Notes: generated from the sequence alone by a model not told the origin. Shown: positions 47,600 through 58,462, counted from the stretch's first letter. The stretch: DNA of 64,000 nt from Zygnema circumcarinatum SAG 698-1b (GCA_037447605.1 CM074804.1:3697909-3761908); one strand, 5' to 3'. A program made the numbers and translations.

Positions 47600-47710
47600 A
47601 GGGAGGGAGGAGAGGGAGTGGGAGAGGGAGAGGGAGGAGGGAGGAGGGAGGGAGGGAGGGAGGAGGGAGGGAGGAGGGAGGAGGGAGGAGGGAGGGAGAA
47701 AGGGAGGGCG
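47600..47710. repeat. Purine-rich (GGA/GGGA)n tract in the divergent FRL/rhomboid intergenic region
   Basis: Read directly; it lies immediately upstream of the rhomboid ATG at 47736. Confidence 0.8.
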
Positions 47711-47735
47711 CGTGCAGCCGGAGAAGCGGCGCAAC

Positions 47736-50700
47736 ATGAGGGGCAATGTGGTGACCGAGGTATCCGTATCCTTCAGCATTCCTACGCTCAGTGTGCAGAC
47801 TGGAGACTCGCTTTGGTCTGGCAGGAGGTGGGGTGAAGGAAGGAGGGCGGTTTCGGAAACACAGGGAGGCGAGGGATGGGGCGGTGGAGAGAGGAGGAAG
47901 TACAGACCAGGTCGGGTACTAAGAATAGGATGGATGGCGTGCAGGCAAGTCTGAGCACGCGAGCAGCTGTGTTCTGGGCGAGCGTGCCCTTCTTCACGGC
48001 AGCAGTCCTCGCCACTTGCGTCGCAGTGTATGTGGGATCGCTCCTCATTGGCTATGACTCCTTCCAGCACGTTTGCCAGTCCCCCTCCGCCATTGTGCAC
48101 GGCCGAGGTGCTGCCCCTCCCTCTCTCTCTCTCCCCCTCTCCCTCTTTCTCGCTCTCTCCCATCCTCCCCCTCCCCCTCCCCCCCTCACTCTCTCTCTAT
48201 CTCTCTCCCGCTCTTCCCTCCTGTCCCTGCACGGCTGACTCATTGCAAATCCATATGCTTCTCTTGTAGCGCGCTCTTTCACCATGGCAACTGCATGGCC
48301 CATAGAAGCACCTTAGCGGATAACATTTTTTTCCGAAGCATTATGCGTGGAAATCGAACAGCACCTTTTTTTTTTGTATATTTCTTAAACTTCGTTAGTC
48401 AAAATATGTCTTGACTTGACTAAGTCAACTATGTCCGAAACTGACTGATTCTAACATCAAAGCCGGCTAAGGAAAATGGGAACGCGCGTCTCTGAACCTG
48501 CTGCCGCGTTTGATTAATGGCAAAGCGCCCCCATTCTTCCCCTTCGAGGGCTGCCGCTTACTCAGCCGCCATAGTCTTTAAGTCTTGGGGCCTTGCCATT
48601 GATTGATACCACTGATGCTATGTCATGGTATCATTATGCGCTGTGTTCCTTCTATTATATCCGAAGGTGTCATATTGCCATGTGTTTTGAGATTGTCAAC
48701 GCATTTATGGGCATGCGAAAATTATTTCAGAACACTTTCGTGCGTACCATGCGCACCGTTCTTCCATGGCCATGGCCTCTGGATCCTACTCTGGGTTGAC
48801 ACGTTGACGCAGCATGCGTGTGTGTGCCATGTATGTGCTCACAGTGTACACGGCATTCACATCCGTCATCTTCCATGGAGGATTTCTGCACCTTGTGTTC
48901 AACATGCTGGCCTTTGTGCCCATGGGGGGTTCCCTGGAGCGCCAGCTAGGCTCTGTGCGCTACGCCTACTTACTTCTGCTTTTTGCCGTCACCAACTCGC
49001 TGCTGGCAACGCTGATGGCCTGGGCGGCAGCCAGCTTCCCGCTGGCCCTCTACCCTAACCTTGTCTTTGAGTGCAGCATCGGCTTTTCGGGCGTCATCTT
49101 TGCGCTCATTGTAGTGGAAACATACACCAGCGGAGTGCAGAATCGCAGGTTCGCTTGCCTTCCCGGATTTCGTTTCGGGCTCGCTACGTTCTGACCTTTG
49201 CAGATAGGAAGGTCAAATTTGTTGCAAGAACTTCGCTTTTGAACGATCCAGTGACTTCACATGCAGTCTCCATATGGTAATGCGCGAGAGAGAAATGAGG
49301 CGAGGCGAGGCTTTGCTGGTGGCCATCTTATGTGGCTGATTTCATTGGGAGGATGGCAGCATTTTTGGGTTCTTCACCGTGCAGGCGAAATGGTGCGAGT
49401 CTCCCCTCTTCTCTTTAGATTCAAGTACATGCTACTTCCAAAATTGCAATCGAAAGACTTGTAGTTGTACATAGACCCTCTGCACCCTCTGCCTGTCCGC
49501 AATGCTGCCCCTGTGGTCCGGCTCGTGTCCAGGTATCCGTGGGTGCTGCTGGCCGTGTTCCAGCTGCTCATGCCCGCAGTGTCGCTGCTCGGCCACCTCA
49601 GCGGCATCCTCTCCGGCCTCGCCTGTATGGCACCGCGCTCCCATTTCCCTCCCTGCCTTCGCCTTCAGTGGGTTTAGGGGGGGGCATGGCTACCCCATGG
49701 CCTTTACTTCATTGATATGGGGCACATATGGCAGACACATGCGGACTTCTCAGCTTCCTCATGCCTTCGTCCGTAGTCTTCAACAACATTGAATCGTCAA
49801 GTTTTCTTGTAAGTTCTTATCTAGGGAGGGAAGACCTTTGTGTTTCACGTGTACTGAGTAGGTGCGGATTTCAATTTTGTAAGGGAAAAGCTGTTTAGGA
49901 AAATTTTAGTACAATAGAAAAGTTAGAAATATACGGTTTACCGACTAAACCGATTTGGCAAACCTCGAGGACATCCTTGTGTATGTGTATGATCAGTACA
50001 AGTAGTTTACTAAGTACATCTGAACCCAACTTTGCCTGGAGAACCAACAATCATAGCCAATGGTTGGAATCGTTGGATTCAATGGTTGCCAACATTGCGA
50101 ATGGTTTGAACCATCGGCTTCAGACCGAGCCAACCATTGCCACTGCTTGAACGATTGGGTTCAATGGCTGCCAACCCTTGCCGACGGTTCATTGGCGGCC
50201 CCGCCAACTAATGGAGATAGTTGTTAACCATTGGCTAGTCAACCATTGGCATACAATGGCTGGTCAATGGTTGCTTATCTAATGGTGCGAACTGTGCGAT
50301 ACTTGCACATCCAACACTTTTTTGCAAGATTGACATAAAAGGTACACCTTTAAAGTGAAGGGTTTTTTTTCTACAGGCGCCCCTCACTCGGAGGCCGTCT
50401 TTCATTGTTGGTGGAAGCACTGTTAGCGGAACCCTTCCAACTGTGTCAGACATTGGAAGGTGGGCTCTTGTATAATCTCCTATTTGCCTTCAGGCGAGGC
50501 TATCTGCCAATCTACAGTTTTCTTGTTTGAGGCAGTTTGATGGATTGCTCGACGTTTCTTGACCTTTTGTAAGTAGGTGTGAGCAAGCTCCATTCGTCAT
50601 GTGCTGGATGCTAAAACAGAATTGCTGCTGACTTGATGTCAGGTCGGTTGCTCCATACATGAATACCTATGCCCTTAATCCGTCAAGACCTTCCTGTGTC

Positions 50701-51616
50701 AATAGTTGGGAATCGACGTGTCTTTATCTCCTCACGACGAACTATTATGTACTGCAGGGCTAGCAGAGGTGCAGCTGAGACTCTTCAGAACGCCTGGAGG
50801 AGTGTTCAGAGGCTCGTCCCAAGGCAAGACAGCAGCACAACCCAGACCCCTGCAAGGCCTGCGGAGACGAAAACAGACCCGGTGAGCTCCGCAGCTGCTA
50901 GTGTTGGAATTGCATACTTTCTCGAGTTGATGCTGATGAGAGCGGAGCATTTTCCTTCCATTGTCCAAACATTGAACAGTTTGTCCTCAAGCGAGTAAAC
51001 AAACAGAGACGGTTGTGTGAATCAGTCTGTAAAATGCTCTTCTGTGCAGCGCTTTCCAGGGCAAGGCCGGGTCCTAGGGGGCTCCGCTGGGCCGGCCCCT
51101 CCCGCTCCTGCTGCTCGTAGTGTTGACACTCGGCATGCTGCACACGAGCAAGCAAGAAGTTCAGCGGGGCCTCTTGGAGGGTGAGGCAACGTACTTTCTG
51201 CCACCTGGTGGCTCTTTTAAATTTCGTGGCGCCGATATTTTTGTCCTTTTGAATGTGTTTGTTGTTGGGGTACCACAGCAAAGCCGAAGTTCCTGTAGCT
51301 CCAATCGTGAGCTCAGCGCCGGTTGTATCTGCAGATAATGGCGCCCTCAGCCAGCTTGTTGCTATGGGTTTCGATAAGGTCAGGGCCCTTCTCAGACTCT
51401 GCTCCATGCTTCTCGCTGCGTTTGCCAGCTGTCATAGCAGGAAGGTCCCTTCAAAGCGGGCCGATGTTGTTTGTGGCTATGGCAATCTGGTGCTTCCCTA
51501 CTAAATATATGAAAGGTCCCCTGGGCGCGCTTGGAGGGGGGCAGGCAACTGCGACTGCAGCCCTTAATGCAGCTGGCGGTGATTTGAACCTGGCGCTGAA
51601 TCAAATTATTGCGTAG
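47736..51616 (+). CDS. RBL15: Rhomboid-like intramembrane serine protease with C-terminal UBA domain (RBL15 type)
   Basis: A 24-nt first exon MRGNVVTE (47736-47759) joins ASLSTRAAVFWASVPFF (from 47945). Then FHGGFLHLVFNMLAFVPMGGSLER, catalytic GFSG (ECSIGFSGVIF), YPWVLL...LLGHLSG (catalytic His), RFPGQGRVLGG and the UBA ALSQLVAMGFDK/ATATAALNAAGGDLNLALNQIIA*. Stop TAG ends at 51616. Confidence 0.92.
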
Positions 51617-53307
51617 AACGCGGGAGGGGGGGGGGGGGGGGGGGGGGNNNNNNNNNNGCAGGGGCAGCATAGAGCAGTGGCTGTTGCTTTTCTATGTGAT
51701 AGCAGATTAATTCAGCAGTTGGTTTTTTCCAAGTTTGAAATTGATTCCCAATCTTTTACAGGACATTAGTTTCGATTTTTTGTTTCGCTTTTTTAGGTCA
51801 CTTGCAGCGTCCCGCTCAGAGCTTCATTCCACTGCTGTCGCGGTGGTTCTTCGGATGGGGCCCATTTCCATCCACTCTGCCTGCTGGTTGGCACCATCAA
51901 AGAGTTCCTCTCAAAGCTCGTCTTTCCCTTCTGGGTCAATTGTGATTGGTTCATCTTGATTCCACATTTTGTCTTTGTCCATGTACCATCGCCATTGTAG
52001 GTGTCAACGTTTGCCTTGTTAGCGTGATCACCCTCTTCATCTCCTTTGTTTTTTAGGGTCGTTTCCATAAATTTGATTTCCTGGGTATTCACATTGTTGA
52101 ACAAGTTGCACCCGATTTTTTGTGGCTTGTGCCTAAATGGTTGGCATGTGAATCCAACAAGAAAAAGGCATACAATTGTGAACCCTCTACAGCCACATAA
52201 GAGGTCAAGATCGACAAATCACACAGGGCAACATCTTGAAGAGTTATTTAGCTTAAGCAGCTGCGGCTGCAACAAGCCTCCGTGACCGTCAATTAGAGAA
52301 CTGCACCTCGACAATCCTCCTAAAGTGTTCTAAAAGTGTGGTGAAATTTCACGTTTTAGCCACATTGACTGCCCCCTCGACTGCCTGCCTGCCTGCCTGT
52401 TCGTGGCGAGCGCGGAGTTCGCCCTGATTTTGGCCCTCCTCGTGGACGGCGCTCGGCGCAGTTTTGGCGACCATGTGTTGGCCGCTCCGACCCGCAACGC
52501 TTTATTGCTCCCGCGCTGCCCCTGGCAAGGAGCGCGCATATGCCCGCCGTGACGTGACGTGACGTGACGTGACGCGGGCGACGAGTTTGTCCCTGAGTCC
52601 CTGTGGCTGTTGCGATTATTTGTGGTTGCCTCGACGCCCGTTTGGATGCCGTCCTTCCTTCCTTCCCCCGCCAGCGCGTGCCGCTCCCTGGAGATTGCGC
52701 GCACGGCCCCGGAAGGAAGGAAGGAAGGAAGGAAGGAAGCCCTCCTCTTCTTCTCCTCCTCCTCCTCCGGCGGTCTTCACTGCCTTGCCGTTGATCGACA
52801 GCGCATTTCCGTCTTACGCCCTTCAGCGCTGCCCTCCTCCTCGCTTCTCCGCTCCTTCGGCGTGAAGCCGCGGTTGGTTGTTGCTGGCCGTGCTTGACGA
52901 TGGCATTCCGCCGCTCCCTCCCTCCCTCCCTCCCTCTCTCCCTCCCTCCTTCTCTCCCTCCCTCCTCTCCCTCCGCGCGATGTGCCGCACATCGATCGGT
53001 GACCTTCGCGGCTGCTTCGAGGGAGGGTTTGAAGCGTTGTTGAGCTTAGGCGTAGCTTTTCGCTCATAGGATTTTTCTTTTGTCCTGAGGTCTTTTATGA
53101 CGAGTTCCTTGTGATTCCTTATGATGATTTTGTGCATGTACATTTGATGGCGTCGCAGTCGTGAGACCACTGCCACTTCTTCCTGTTATAAATGTGGCCC
53201 TACTTTTAGAACAATTTATAAAAGTAATATAAAAGTCAAAAAATAATATTACGACTATCTAAGGCAAAGAACGCCGCCCGGCCGCCGCCGCCCTCAGCGG
53301 AGGGAGG

Positions 53308-54563
53308 TGTGAAGGGAAATGACAAATTCTTCACTTGCAGCATACAGAGGAGGTAAACACAACAGACAGTCCCATTGGACCAGCACATAACACAAACACT
53401 TTTTTCATTTCATCAAAGTCCTCCTTACAATTCACTCCATCCTCCTTTCTCTTATCTGTGTTATCCTACGCAACACTTCTTTTTACTACTCAGTATCTAA
53501 GCTTCTAAAACACTCCTACCCGAATCCTCCTTCCTAAACTTCATACACTTGCGACGCTTTGCTTGACACTTCTCTTCCTCCTCGGGTTTTCCTAAAAGCT
53601 CTCACACATGCAGTCCTTTTTTATCCGTACAATCTCCATACATCATCCGTACACGTACACCTGTTTATGGGTAACTCTACTGCACCCCCGCGTTTTGTCT
53701 TTCGCACCCCCCTTTTGAAACTTTTGCCTGCCCGTTTTGGTACCCCCCAGTTTTGAATATTTCGGGAAAAAATCTTTTTCCCGCCCCTCCCGTCCCCTCG
53801 GCTCCCTCCCCTCCCCTGCCCTCTCCTCCCCTCCCCTCCCCTCCCCTCCCCTCCCCTGCCATGTCCTCCACGGCCCTCCCCTCCCGCCCGCTTCCCTCCC
53901 CTCCCCTTCCCTGCCCTGTCCTCCCCGGCCCTCCCCTCCCCTCCCCTCCCCTCCCTTCCCTTCCCCTCCCCTGCCCTGCCCTCCCTTGCCCTCCCCTCCT
54001 CGTCTCTCCTCTTCTCGGTTTGCAATTTCTTGTGGTTCCCATGTTGACTTTGTCCATGTTTATTTGATGGCCTCACCATCTTGAGACCAATGCAAATCCC
54101 CTTTTCTTTTGTCGCACATTGTTGGAAGTCAATAGTGAAAAGGAGAAAACGAGGAGGGTGGAATGTCCAGAAAAAGAGGTGGGGAGGGGAGGGGAGGGGA
54201 GGGGAGGGGAGGGGAGGGGAGGGGAGGGGAGGGGAGGGGAGGGAGGGGAGGGGAGGGGAGGGGAGGGAGGGAGGGAGGGGAGGAGAGGGGGAGCGGAGGG
54301 GAAGGGAGGGGAGGGGAGGGGAGGGGAGGGGAGGGTAGGGGAGGAGAGGGCAGGGGAAGGGGGGGAGCGGAGGGGAAGGGAGGGGCGGGAAAAAGAATTT
54401 TTCCCGAAATATTCAAAACTGGGGGGTACCAAAACGGGCAGGCAAAATTTTCAAAAGGGGGGTGCGAAAGACAAAACGCGGGGGTGCAGTAGAGTTACCC
54501 CCTGTTTATACAGTACAGCGTCTATATACTATCCGTACACCGACAGCATCACAATCCATCACA
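53308..54563 (-). mobile_element. 3' LTR of a Ty1/copia element (about 415 bp once the nested insertion is removed)
   Basis: On the minus strand it starts TGTGA (54563) right after a polypurine tract AAGAGGGGGA and ends TCACA (53308), giving TG...CA termini with a 5-bp inverted repeat. Composition switches abruptly to GC-rich host DNA beyond 53308. Confidence 0.7.
53669..54500. mobile_element. Non-autonomous Mutator-like (MULE) foldback/MITE element, 832 bp
   Basis: Near-perfect TIRs of about 115-130 bp start GGGTAACTCTACTGCACCCCCGCG (53669) and end ...GTAGAGTTACCC (54500). They continue inward as (CCCCT)n and (AGGGG)n arms. A perfect 9-bp direct repeat CCTGTTTAT flanks it at 53660-53668 and 54501-54509. 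No transposase ORF. Confidence 0.88.
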
Positions 54564-54565
54564 AT

Positions 54566-55045
54566 CCCCCTCTTGATGCAAGGGTTGACATCTTAGGCCC
54601 TCATCAAACCAATAAGTCTACAACACCTATTGATTATAGGTCATGTTCCTGTTTCTTAGTCATCAAATCTGCCGCTTGCTTAGTTGTGTAAACATACTTT
54701 AACTCTTATCTCTTTCTTGGTCACTAACTCCCGAATAAAATGATACTTCAGATTTATATGCTTTGTTCTTTTATGATAAACTAGATTCTTAAATAATGCA
54801 ATGCAGCTCTGACTATCACTCCACATAAGTAACTTAGGCTCCGGCCCTTTCAACTCTGGAAACAGTTGCTGCAATCACTTAGCTTCCTTTGCTGCATGAC
54901 ATGCCGCCATACACATTGCTTCCGCGCAACTTAACGCCACACACTCCTAAAGCTTGCTATTATTCCAAGCAATCGCTGCTTCTGCACATACAAAAATCTG
55001 CTCGTACTTCTGCCGGTATCAACACATCTTCGGCTACCTTTCAAT
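54566..55045 (-). pseudogene. Decayed Ty1/copia RNase H region plus PPT (5'-truncated)
   Basis: The minus strand reads DTGRSTS..., AIAWNNSKL*ECVALSCAEA...AAKEAK*LQQLFPEL...MWSDSQSCIALFKNLVYHKRTKHINLKYHFIRELV, then after a frameshift YVYTTKQAADLMTK. This is the copia RNase H consensus with in-frame stops. Confidence 0.88.
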
Positions 55046-56133
55046 CCCTTTAAATTACAGTACAGTACCCCTTTCTTTCTATCCTACCGTACGGTAATTG
55101 CGAGCAGCATGCCACCGACAAGGCCACCGACACGGCCACCGACACTGCCACCGACATGGCCACCGACATGGCCGAATCGCTCGATGGTTCAGCGCGCAGC
55201 GTCGCACTTGCCGTCGATCGGACGGTCGGGGACGCTGCTCCAACAGGCGTTCCCAAACCCCCGTCCCCGTCCCCGTCCCCGTCCCCGAGCGCGGCCAGGC
55301 GGCCCCCCGTCCGCTGTGTATGTAGCGCATGCATCGGACAGCCGCCCTGGCCTCTGTACGGACAATAGGGAGGGCTGAGTGAAGGCGGTCGGCGGCAGGC
55401 GTGACGCGACGTGACAAAAAAGTGCCTGACGTGACGTGACGAGACCTCTCGTACGCGGGAGGGAGGCGGCAACGGCTAGCTCCTGCGGGGGGCGCGGGCC
55501 ACGTGGCGGGCCGCGAGGGCTTCCCGGCGGCCCGGGCGGGCGGGGCGGGAAGGCCATGGAGGGGCGGGTTGGGGCGGGGCCCTGCGGCCTGGGAAGCAAG
55601 CCTTGGGACGACCCGCTGCCCGCCATGGCCGCATAGGGGCTGCCGCCTGCTGCTCGTCTCTCGTGCTTCTGCTGGGAGGGAGGGAGGGGGAGAGAGACAG
55701 AGCGCTAGGAGGAGGAGGAGTGAGAGAGTGAGTGGAGTTGAGATAGTCGAAGACTTTGTTGCTTCGCTACTGGAGTGAAGTGCGCGCTTGAGGGGTTGTT
55801 TGAAAGAGGCCGAAAGAGCTTGCACAGGGAGAAGTGCGGGAGAACGCACGTCGTTCTTGATAAGGTGGGCGATTTGTTGCAGGTTCCTTGGACTTGCAAG
55901 GTTTAGTCAATGCAGAGGACTGGTGGCCTCGAATGCAATGCTGGGTCGAGGATAGCTGTAGGAGTGGACGAATTTTCGGTGTTGGCAGCCGCGTGGGCAT
56001 AGTTTTGGGAGGGAGCTGCATCAGACTAAATTTTTTTCGGAAAACAATGTAGAGAAGAATGCACGACCTCTGCGCTTAATCTGCTAAGACTCTTCCTTTC
56101 GTTTGCTACCCAGTACTAGAGGTNNNNNNNNNN

Positions 56134-57758
56134 GGGGAGCGGAGGGGAAGGGAGGGGCGGGAAAAAGAATTTTTCCCGAAATATTCAAAACTGGGGGGTA
56201 CCAAAACGGGCAGGCAAAATTTTCAAAAGGGGGGTGCGAAAGACAAAACGCGGGGGTGCAGTAGAGTTACCCCCTGTTTATACAGTACAGCGTCTATATA
56301 CTATCCGTACACCGACAGCATCACAATCCATCACAATCCCCCTCTTGATGCAAGGGTTGACATCTTAGGCCCTCATCAAACCAATAAGTCTACAACACCT
56401 ATTGATTATAGGTCATGTTCCTGTTTCTTAGTCATCAAATCTGCCGCTTGCTTAGTTGTGTAAACATACTTTAACTCTTATCTCTTTCTTGGTCACTAAC
56501 TCCCGAATAAAATGATACTTCAGATTTATATGCTTTGTTCTTTTATGATAAACTAGATTCTTAAATAATGCAATGCAGCTCTGACTATCACTCCACATAA
56601 GTAACTTAGGCTCCGGCCCTTTCAACTCTGGAAACAGTTGCTGCAATCACTTAGCTTCCTTTGCTGCATGACATGCCGCCATACACATTGCTTCCGCGCA
56701 ACTTAACGCCACACACTCCTAAAGCTTGCTATTATTCCAAGCAATCGCTGCTTCTGCACATACAAAAATCTGCTCGTACTTCTGCCGGTATCAACACATC
56801 TTCGGCTACCTTTCAATCCCTTTAAATTACAGTACAGTACCCCTTTCTTTCTATCCTACCGTACGGTAATTGCGAGCAGCATGCCACCGACAAGGCCACC
56901 GACACGGCCACCGACACTGCCACCGACATGGCCACCGACATGGCCGAATCGCTCGATGGTTCAGCGCGCAGCGTCGCACTTGCCGTCGATCGGACGGTCG
57001 GGGACGCTGCTCCAACAGGCGTTCCCAAACCCCCGTCCCCGTCCCCGTCCCCGTCCCCGAGCGCGGCCAGGCGGCCCCCCGTCCGCTGTGTATGTAGCGC
57101 ATGCATCGGACAGCCGCCCTGGCCTCTGTACGGACAATAGGGAGGGCTGAGTGAAGGCGGTCGGCGGCAGGCGTGACGCGACGTGACAAAAAAGTGCCTG
57201 ACGTGACGTGACGAGACCTCTCGTACGCGGGAGGGAGGCGGCAACGGCTAGCTCCTGCGGGGGGCGCGGGCCACGTGGCGGGCCGCGAGGGCTTCCCGGC
57301 GGCCCGGGCGGGCGGGGCGGGAAGGCCATGGAGGGGCGGGTTGGGGCGGGGCCCTGCGGCCTGGGAAGCAAGCCTTGGGACGACCCGCTGCCCGCCATGG
57401 CCGCATAGGGGCTGCCGCCTGCTGCTCGTCTCTCGTGCTTCTGCTGGGAGGGAGGGAGGGGGAGAGAGACAGAGCGCTAGGAGGAGGAGGAGTGAGAGAG
57501 TGAGTGGAGTTGAGATAGTCGAAGACTTTGTTGCTTCGCTACTGGAGTGAAGTGCGCGCTTGAGGGGTTGTTTGAAAGAGGCCGAAAGAGCTTGCACAGG
57601 GAGAAGTGCGGGAGAACGCACGTCGTTCTTGATAAGGTGGGCGATTTGTTGCAGGTTCCTTGGACTTGCAAGGTTTAGTCAATGCAGAGGACTGGTGGCC
57701 TCGAATGCAATGCTGGGTCGAGGATAGCTGTAGGAGTGGACGAATTTCAGTGTTGGCA
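56134..57758 (+). repeat. Near-identical second copy of 54362-55987 (offset 1772 bp), bounded by N gaps; includes the MULE right TIR, the copia RNase H remnant and a GC island
   Basis: The ORF track is duplicated at +1772. The only differences I found are in the last ~15 nt (AATTTTCGGT vs AATTTCAGT). Gaps lie at 56124-56133 and 57759-57858. Confidence 0.9.
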
Positions 57759-57923
57759 NNNNNNNNNNNNNNNNNNNNNNNNNNNNNNNNNNNNNNNNNN
57801 NNNNNNNNNNNNNNNNNNNNNNNNNNNNNNNNNNNNNNNNNNNNNNNNNNNNNNNNNNTGCTGATAGGAGGTAGTTCGTCTAGAGCTGCACTTTTACGAC
57901 CCCAGTTGATTGGAGTGCTTTAG

Positions 57924-58462
57924 GGATAGAGTTTGTGGCCAGTCCAGAGTTCTTTGGCTTCAAAAATTCTATTCGCTACGCTCAACGAGTATGTACGAAC
58001 AAGCAAGTAAATCCTGAATCCTTTTGACCGAAGTGGGCCGAAATTGGTTAAACAGGGAACATTGCAGGACAACTATTGTATCCGGACGATTTTCAGGGTG
58101 ACAGAAAGCAATCTGGGATCCAAAACATTATACGGGGTTACATGAATTAGTTTGCCATGAACTGATTTTGAACCAGACTATTGGCACACCCAGACTAAAG
58201 GTGATGGCCGGTGTACACGCTGTATAGCATTTACATGTTCTAGGGAAGCTCAACATTTTCTTTGATTTGCATTGGATAATAGGCTGGTGCAAGGTTCGAG
58301 CTGGGGCCTTAGGCAATTTTGGTACCAGTGGGCCTGAACACGGAACCAGTGAAGTTGTTGGATAAATACAAAGTTATGGTGATTGAATTAAGTGGCCTCT
58401 CAGCTTGCCAACAAATGGAATGCTTTACCATTTACCTTTTCGTTGAATTACCAGGTATATAA
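57924..58462 (+). CDS. Candidate 3' micro-exons of an unidentified protein-coding gene (5' part lost in the gap)
   Basis: Exons 57924-57988, 58056-58097, 58177-58200 and from 58283 are separated by 67-82-nt GT-AG introns. The spliced product is open in two frames: ...DRVCGQSRVLWLQKFYSLRSTRNIAGQLLYPDDFQDYWHTQTKGWCKVRAGALGNFGI* or GIEFVASPEFFGFKNSIRYAQRGTLQDNYCIRTIFRTIGTPRLKAGARFELGP*. Confidence 0.4.

Noticed and set aside
51793-52300. Acidic protein-like minus-strand stretch with an internal TGA (possible transposase remnant)
   Set aside because: No diagnostic DDE, SWIM or hAT motif could be read; unsupported without a search.
53621-54492. (GEGRG)n and (PSPPL)n ORFs resembling extensins or RGG proteins
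   Set aside because: Translations of the MULE pentamer arms.
55050-55849. GC-rich overlapping ORFs up to 256 aa (and their copies at +1772)
   Set aside because: Stop-poor GC island with all frames open and no motif.
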